The notes beneath the pieces are model-generated. The model saw only the letters and a list, made by a program, of their open reading frames with translations. It made no database searches and was not told the origin of the DNA. A DNA stretch of 64,000 nucleotides, taken from contig OZ024740.1 of assembly GCA_964016885.1 (NCBI GenBank), positions 256,060,001 through 256,124,000 of the forward strand, in the 5' to 3' direction. Shown here piece by piece: positions 55,261-64,000 of the stretch (positions are counted from its first letter, which is position 1; the number at the start of each line of letters is the position of its first letter). Origin of the DNA: Eledone cirrhosa. Taxonomy: Eukaryota. Position numbers and translations under genes: made by a program.

Positions 55261-55622
55261 GGAAAAAAATGAAACGAAATTTCATTTCTCACTCTTAGTA
55301 CAGCTGTTACTTAAATATAAGTATGTATACGTACATACATATATGTATACATACGTACAGTAGTATGTATATATATACATACATGCACACGTATATATAT
55401 GTACGTATGGATTTACGGAACATTTATTATAATGCTCGGCGTGTTTGTAAACAAACATCCCGAATTAAGCCGTACAGTGTTAAGCAACCATCGTTGTTCA
55501 ACACTGACAAAGATTAACATAGTTCACTGATTACTCAATGAATATAGTTTTACAATAGATTAAAAGCACTCTACAAGGAAATATATATATACATATATCT
55601 GACAACTTATCTATCTATGTCA

Positions 55623-55729
<107 letters not shown>

Positions 55730-55749
55730 CATCTATCTATCTATCTCTC

Positions 55750-58635
55750 TTTCTGCCTGACGCGTGGAACATCGCCGGTAAGATTTTTTGTAAATTTATA
55801 TACGAAAAACAGAACAAATTGTTTGAAAAAACATATTATTTCTGAATTGTCAGCTGGGTGGTAATCCCATTTTTCGCCACATTAGGGGCGACAATTTAAT
55901 TTAGAAATTGTTTTAAAATATCAAATTTTGCAAACTATAAAACATGAATAAGACGAAGGGAACGCCGGAGAACGTCAATAGAGAAAAGAGAGAGAAAGAG
56001 AGAGATTTTAACGTTATATCTGCTTCTGAAACTATGGACGTTGCCATAGATATGACTGTCAACAAAGAGGAAAAAATGTTACCACTCGAAAATTGTACAA
56101 TTTCTACCGTCGAAGCGGAGAAAAATAACACTAACTCACATGAAAACACAGAAATTAAACCTATTAAAATACATACACATGAAAAAGACATCAACAACTC
56201 CACACAGATACATCTACACATAAAGTTTCATCTCGTCAAGGAACTGAGATTTCCAACACCGAGGCTAACAACGATAACAATAACAAGAGCAACACAACAC
56301 AAAAAAAGAAAATGTCTTTCGCTGAAACAGTGAACAAAAAACAAGATTTTTTAAATCTTGACATCTCCAATGCAAGAGATATGCTCCAGCAAGGGAGAAC
56401 ATTTGTAACTTTCGAAGAAATAAAGGAAGACACAGTTCGAAGATCAGTCACCTTTAGGACTGTGTCCAATTCCACGAGAAAGATGATATTTGTTAGTCTA
56501 GCAGATATAGAAGCTACTTTCAAGGAAATTCTAGCAAATATCGATTTTCTCCAACGAGGAAAACAGTACGGAAGTGTTTCCGTACTGTTTAAAAGCGAGG
56601 CACTCGCCCCAAAACATTCTGTGACACCAATGGTGTCAAAAGCATTCACCCTTCTCCCTACATACATGGGGAAAAGGACACAAAAAAAAAAAATATATAT
56701 ATATATCCCCAAACATTAACATCTGGTGGATCTTGGCTGGCTTCGTAGAGCCAGAAACTGATATGATTCTTTCGATACGAAAATCTATTCGACAAAGGTG
56801 GGCGGGTACTGATTTGGAGATTCTGTTGCAATTGAGGCCGGAGAGAATCTCTAAAATACTCGAAAGAGTCGTCATCGATGATAACAACAAAATAAACATT
56901 TCGGTAGAAAGACGAAAATTTCATTGCTTTCGCTGTGGTAGCGCAGCACACCTAAAAACCTCTTGTCCTTCACAAACACACAACATCAACATCATTAAAA
57001 AAACACTATTACCAACACCAACACCAAAACAACCACCACCACCACAAGTACAACGACAGACGAAACGAGCAACCACAACAAAACAAACAGACACTCAACC
57101 AACAACAACATAAAAAACAGAGACAACACCTCTGAAGAACACAGCCCCACCCCATGCCACTCCATCAAACACTACCGCAAACACACACACCGAAACACCA
57201 CACAACATACCCCTACCCCACACACCTGACGATGATTATTCATCAACGGATGAAGCTGCTTCTCCTTCTTTAAGTGAAGAACAGGGAGAGCCGCGGAAAT
57301 CTAAAAATCAAAAAAAGAGACACCACAAAAATCCCCAAAACTCCAATCACCAACACCAACACACAACCACAGACACAAACAACAACACAAACAACACCAC
57401 AGTCAAACATCCCCCTATCAGCAAAACCAACACCAACACCACACCAAACACAAGCACCCACTATAAAAAGAAAACTCCCGGACGAACAACAAACTAAAAC
57501 AACACAACAATACGCATACATCAACACAAACAACAAGAGTTTGATGGAGGTCATCTCCCCAAACCCCAAGGTGGAGACGGAGAGCAAAACTTTCGTCAAG
57601 GCAGAATCGTCTCCACACCTTAAAAAAAATAAGGGTTTCTATGGAAACCTATAATGACCTGAAAAATAAATTTTTACAGGACGTGGGCAACTCCTGCCAG
57701 AAACACATCAACCCCGTCCTGTTAAAATGTTTCCCCACCCCACCCAACACCCCATCCAGCACCCAAATGGAGATTGAACAACCCGATCTCCAGGAAACGA
57801 AAAGGTAAGTGCACCTTTCGTTCTTTTTCTCCAACTCTTCTACATCAACATGGCTAGTTTACACGTTGGAAGCGTGAATGTGCGTGGCCTAGGGATGCCC
57901 TGGAAACAGGGCCAACTTTTAAACGACCTTAGGTCACACGGTATGGATGTGATAGCCATCACCGAGTCCAGGATCCACAACAGGCAGCAACTAACTCCCA
58001 TCTTCGACGACTTTGAGTTCTACGCATCTCTCTGTCAGCCAGGAGGTGGAGGTGGAGTGGCTGTCATGTTTCGGAAGAACCTGGACGTCGAAGTACAGCA
58101 AGTACACTTGGACCCGGAGGGTAGACTGGTAGTCCTAGACGTGAACAGTATTGGAGGTGGAGCCTTCAGACTGGTGCCCGTTTATGCCCCGACCGGGCAA
58201 TAGCAATCACGGCCAGACATCTTTAAGCGTCTAGAGTCTTTTCTGGGAACGTCTCGCTCCTTACTTTTAGTGAGGGACTGGAATGGTATCCTAGATGCAC
58301 GATGGGACTCTGTAGGAGCGTGTCCCATTAGAGGGGGGTGCAACAGCCTCAAAATTTTAATCGGCCGATTCCAACTGGCCGATAGGTATCGACTGGATTT
58401 CCTGACTGCACCACAGTGGACGTGGGCAAACCGCAGCGGGACATCTAGACCGTATTTAGATAGGTTCTTCATTAGAAAAAGGGACAAGGAGATGTTAAGC
58501 TGTCCACTAATGCACATGGTTGCCTATTCAGATCACAAATTAGTCGTCTGCTTAGTCAACCGTGATAGAACACATAAACAAGGACCCGGATACTGGAAGC
58601 TGAACGTGTCGTTGCCGGCACGAAAAGCGTTGTAG
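55750..58635 (+). mobile_element. Tx1/L1-like LINE: disrupted ORF1 (zinc knuckle) and ORF2 AP-endonuclease, 3' truncated
   Basis: CFRCGSAAHLKTSC; SVNVRGL, ITESRI, DPEGRLV, VYAP, DWNGIL, LDRFF, SDHKLV, GPGYWKLN. Confidence 0.85.
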
Positions 58636-59046
58636 AACATGCTTGAACTTTCTTTCCTCTGCTTCCCTTCTTGCGAAGTACACTTGTCTCCTAGTTTCCC
58701 TCCTGGCCACTTGATAGTCTTCTCTACTTCCCCCATCCCGCCATGCTTTCCAAGCCTGCTTTTTGGCCTTGATTGACCTCTCCACCTTACTGTTCCACCA
58801 CCAAGTTACTCTCCTCCTGCCTATAGGCCTGCTCCAGCCACAGGTTTCATCTGTCGCCTTCAGCAGGTTAGCTTTCAGGAATTCCCACTGTTCCTCTATA
58901 TTGTACGACTCTAACTGTCGAAAGCATCAAGTAATATGCTTTTAAATTTATGACTGGCTGTGGGGTCCTTTAATTTCCATATTTTTCTCCTGAGGATAGT
59001 CCTCTTCTGTTGTCGAATACGTCTCGTCCTGACTATGAGGTCGCTA

Positions 59047-59048
<2 letters not shown>
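58636..59048 (-). mobile_element. RTE/BovB-like LINE internal fragment
   Basis: [35 protein letters not shown]. Confidence 0.75.
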
Positions 59049-59086
<38 letters not shown>

Positions 59087-59117
59087 TTATATTGGCAACA
59101 TGACCCTCCCAAAGTAT

Positions 59118-59720
<603 letters not shown>

Positions 59721-59832
59721 TAATAATTGTGTGTTACACCTCTATTCTTTTAACTATATACATATATATATATATGTTGATTTAAAACTGCACTATCCAC
59801 AAGTGTTTTTTAGCCTTCATATCATGTCCTCC

Positions 59833-59903
59833 TGTTTTATCTGATGAAAACACAAATATTATTGCATGATGATGTTTGTTTTTGAAATGCGCATAATAAA
59901 ATA
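59833..59903 (+). ncRNA. Type-I hammerhead ribozyme
   Basis: TGTTTTAT-CTGATGA-AAACACAAATAT...ATGTTTGTTTTT-GAAA-TGCGCA-TA-ATAAAATA. Confidence 0.65.
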
Positions 59904-59933
59904 CATGGAACTCCTTTAACCATCTTTTGATCT

Positions 59934-60013
<80 letters not shown>

Positions 60014-60046
60014 AAATATATATATATGTACGTATATATATATCTT

Positions 60047-60077
<31 letters not shown>

Positions 60078-60090
60078 GTATATATATGTA

Positions 60091-60207
<117 letters not shown>

Positions 60208-60208
60208 A

Positions 60209-60324
<116 letters not shown>

Positions 60325-60481
60325 CAGTATATATATACTGTATATATATGTAAATATATATATATATATTGTATATATATATCTATATATCTTTTCTGAA
60401 TTTATTATAATAAATTGAAGTGAAAGCAACTGGTGCGTGTGTTTCTTATTGGCATCATGACCCTCCCAAAGTATAACAATA

Positions 60482-61040
<559 letters not shown>

Positions 61041-61042
61041 TG

Positions 61043-61082
<40 letters not shown>

Positions 61083-61099
61083 CGGCGATGAATTAGTTT

Positions 61100-61830
61100 T
61101 GCGAGGTTTTTTATATGAAATCGTGTGTCGAAACAAATATTGTTATAATTGGGGAGGGTCTTATTTGTGTAATATTGCCAGAATTAATAACAGAACACAC
61201 TCACTGTTTGGTTGGTTTTCGCTTCTCGCTGTCTTTTATATCGGTAATCTAACTTACTCCGTCCTCAATGTTGCCATTGACTGACCGACGGTCAAAAATA
61301 ATACAGATACAATATAGACACAAACACATATATATAGTTTATCATAAATCTTTCGTTGCACATCTGCAACATCGTCAGTGGTGTTATATTTTCCTCCTGT
61401 TGTGTTGTATGTCTACGCCATTTTTATTCAGTCTGTCTATATATTTATTTATTTATTTGCTTGTTTGTTTATTTTATTTCGTCTTCTTTGCGCATGCCTT
61501 TGCGTGTGTGTATAGTGTTATGTTTGCTGTGTGATGGGTTACTAGTGTGTGTTTATGTGCTTGTTGTTATTGTGCTTGTGTATGTATTTATTTATTTATT
61601 TATCTTATTTTATTTACTTATTTATACTTCTCTTAGGTCAGTGTTGTTTGTTTGGGTGTTGTTGTTATTCCATTCATTCTTTCTGTTTAGCTTTGGTCTT
61701 CTAATTTCTATTTCACTGGCCTCTCTGATTTGCCTATCTGCTGGGTCATTTCTATGTTTAGATATTATTCTAATTTCTATGTTGTCTATGTTACCGTCGT
61801 GTTGTTGTCTGGCAGGTTCGTATAGTAACA
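61100..61830 (-). mobile_element. PLE 3' end and pseudo-LTR with hammerhead at 61341-61382
   Basis: RQIREASEIEIRRPKLNRKNEW. Reverse complement ACCA-CTGACGA-T-GTTGC..GCAAC-GAAA-GATT-TA-TGAT. Confidence 0.85.
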
Positions 61831-62269
61831 TGACGGTAACATAGAAATTAGAATAATATCTAAACATAGAAGTATAAGTATATATTTATTTACACATATA
61901 TATATATATAGGAAAAGAGTCAGGACCCCGACGGCTGAGAGCTCCGGTCGTTTCGACAGGTAGATCAGGGCCGTTCGGATCGAGCTGTCGAAATCTAGCT
62001 GTCCTGACTCTTTTCCTATTACCCACTCTAAGTATTAAGTTCTCTGGTGAGTTATGGTCCACCTGGTATATTACCATACCCTCTTTATTATATATATATA
62101 TACCTGTATTTTCGTTGTTTCGGTGTATTTCGTTGCTTTTATGGCCGCCGTTTTCAATTTGTCAAGCTATCTAACGTATGTTAATTACTTATCGACTGCG
62201 TTTGTAGAAACTTAACTGTATCTTGTTAGCTTGGCCACCGCCAAACTTTGATTTTAGTAACCTTCCATT

Positions 62270-62336
<67 letters not shown>

Positions 62337-62339
62337 ATA

Positions 62340-62688
62340 TAAAAGGTAAACATAAATAACAACACAATCGGTACAGTATATAGAAGGGATATATTAGGTT
62401 AACGCTTGATATGGCAGGAAGAGAGTCTTAACATTTCGAACGCTAGTCCTTCATCAGAAGAAAGAATGAGAAATAAGCTAGATTGAGTGGCGGGCGGGTT
62501 TGTAATGTGAAAACATGGATTTAGATAAAAATAACAGGTCCATTCATGGTGACATCTCTTGAAAAACTGTTCTTGCTGGCGTTTTGCGTATGATTTGTTT
62601 TTTTAGAAAAGTGGATGATGGAGCACGTCTACCTGAAATGGAACAAAACCGTTTTGTAAAAAGAGCTATACTTGTGCGCGCACGTAAG

Positions 62689-62772
<84 letters not shown>

Positions 62773-64000
62773 ACATCCGTACGAAGCTATGAGGAAATGT
62801 GTGTGTATATGTAAGTAAAAGAGTGTGTGTGCATGTAAGTACGAAGGTATGAGCAAAAGTATGTTAATGTAAGTGTGTGCATGTGTGTATAGAGAGCAAC
62901 GAAGGGAAAAGTGGAGTGAGCCTATATAGTCGGCATGTATTAGTTGTAAGAGAAGATGTTAATGATCAAGAGAGAGCGATAGGAATCTAGGGGTGAATGT
63001 ACAAGCGCGTGTGATAATGGACGGGGTTTTAAAGAAATTGAGGAGGTAGCTTGTATCCAAGAGGGGAATAGGACCCAAGGCGGTGAATCAGACTTTGTTC
63101 AGTCCAGGTATGAGAGGCCTGTGATCCATGATGTAAACGGACACCCAGGACTGAACATGTTGGGAAGACTGACCACGATAACACAAATGACAGGCGACAG
63201 GAGTATCCAAACCGAGTCGTATGTCCCTCAAATGCTCAGCAAAACGGCCCGCCATACGGCGTCCCGTTTGTCCGATGTATAAAGACCCGCAAAAGGAACA
63301 TCCGAGGGCTTAGACAACGTGGGTGGATGTGCAGGTGAAAGAGTGGCGGATGCGGAAAGACCTGTTAGGGCCTGTAAGAGTGGTGAGGGTGGAATGAAGG
63401 GACAAATGTTGCAGCGGGGACAAGAACAAGGATGTGAACCGGGTAGAGACGTGGGAGAGGACGAGAAGAATCTGTGAACCAGGAGCTCACGGAGGTTGCG
63501 GGCGCGCTCAAAAGCAGTAATGGGTGGGTTTGGAAAAAAGCGAGAAGTGGTGGGGTCAGAAGAGAGGATGAGGAAGGAACGGAGGATATTTCACCGGAGT
63601 GGTAGGGTGTTGGGGTGGTAGGTGAGAGGGAAAGGAACACGGGTGTTGGGAGGGTGGGGATGAGGTGAGCGGGCTGTGGTGCGGTCTGTTTCACGGGCAC
63701 GGGTAAGACCAGCTTGGATCAGGGGGGGGGGGATATCCACGCTGGATGAAGCAGGAAGCCATGTGAAGGGAATGGGTTTCGAAATAGACGTCCTGGGTGG
63801 GTTGGATGGGAGGAGGTGAAGTCGAGGTAAGATTAGGAGGCTGTTGGTTTAATGAAGATGGAAGTAGAGAGGGTGTGGTGAGAGTGATTAATAGATAGAG
63901 AGATATCGAGAAAAGGGACAGAAGAATTGGAGACGGAGGCGGTGAAGGTGAGAGAAGGATAGAAAGATAGGAGAAAAGAAAGAAGGCAGTCGAGAGAGGT
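62340..64000 (-). mobile_element. Degenerate Penelope-like element (RT thumb + GIY-YIG, Neptune-like) with pseudo-LTR hammerhead at 62426-62461
   Basis: VPFLDISL..STSIFIKPT..YLDFTSSHP; SFTCTSTHVV*ALGCSFCGSLYIGQTGRRMAGRFAEH. Reverse complement TCTT-CTGATGA-A-GGAC tagc GTTC-GAAA-TG-TT-AAGA. Confidence 0.85.

Overview
AT-rich, microsatellite-saturated metazoan DNA. The SINE types and (TA)n/(CA)n load suggest an octopus-like cephalopod (inference). No intact host gene is recognisable. Protein-coding remnants are all mobile elements: a Buster/Charlie-type hAT transposase pseudogene, an internally deleted mariner, RTE and Tx1-like LINE fragments, and at least six Penelope-like element (PLE; RT + GIY-YIG) fragments. 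The main signal is at the RNA level. About 35 minimal type-I hammerhead ribozyme (HHR) motifs, found by eye, occur in more than ten repeat families. They lie in PLE pseudo-LTRs, in non-coding tandem units resembling retrozymes (431, 465 and 998 nt periods), and in fold-back palindromes whose arms point their 3' ends outward into (TA)n arrays. Several carry a U3-A8 core variant or long helix-II insertions. The most unusual item is a motif present in five copies from three diverged subfamilies. It has all hammerhead core strands in a non-circularly permuted, pseudoknotted order, closed by a covarying kink-turn. All structures were read manually and none is validated; boundaries are approximate.
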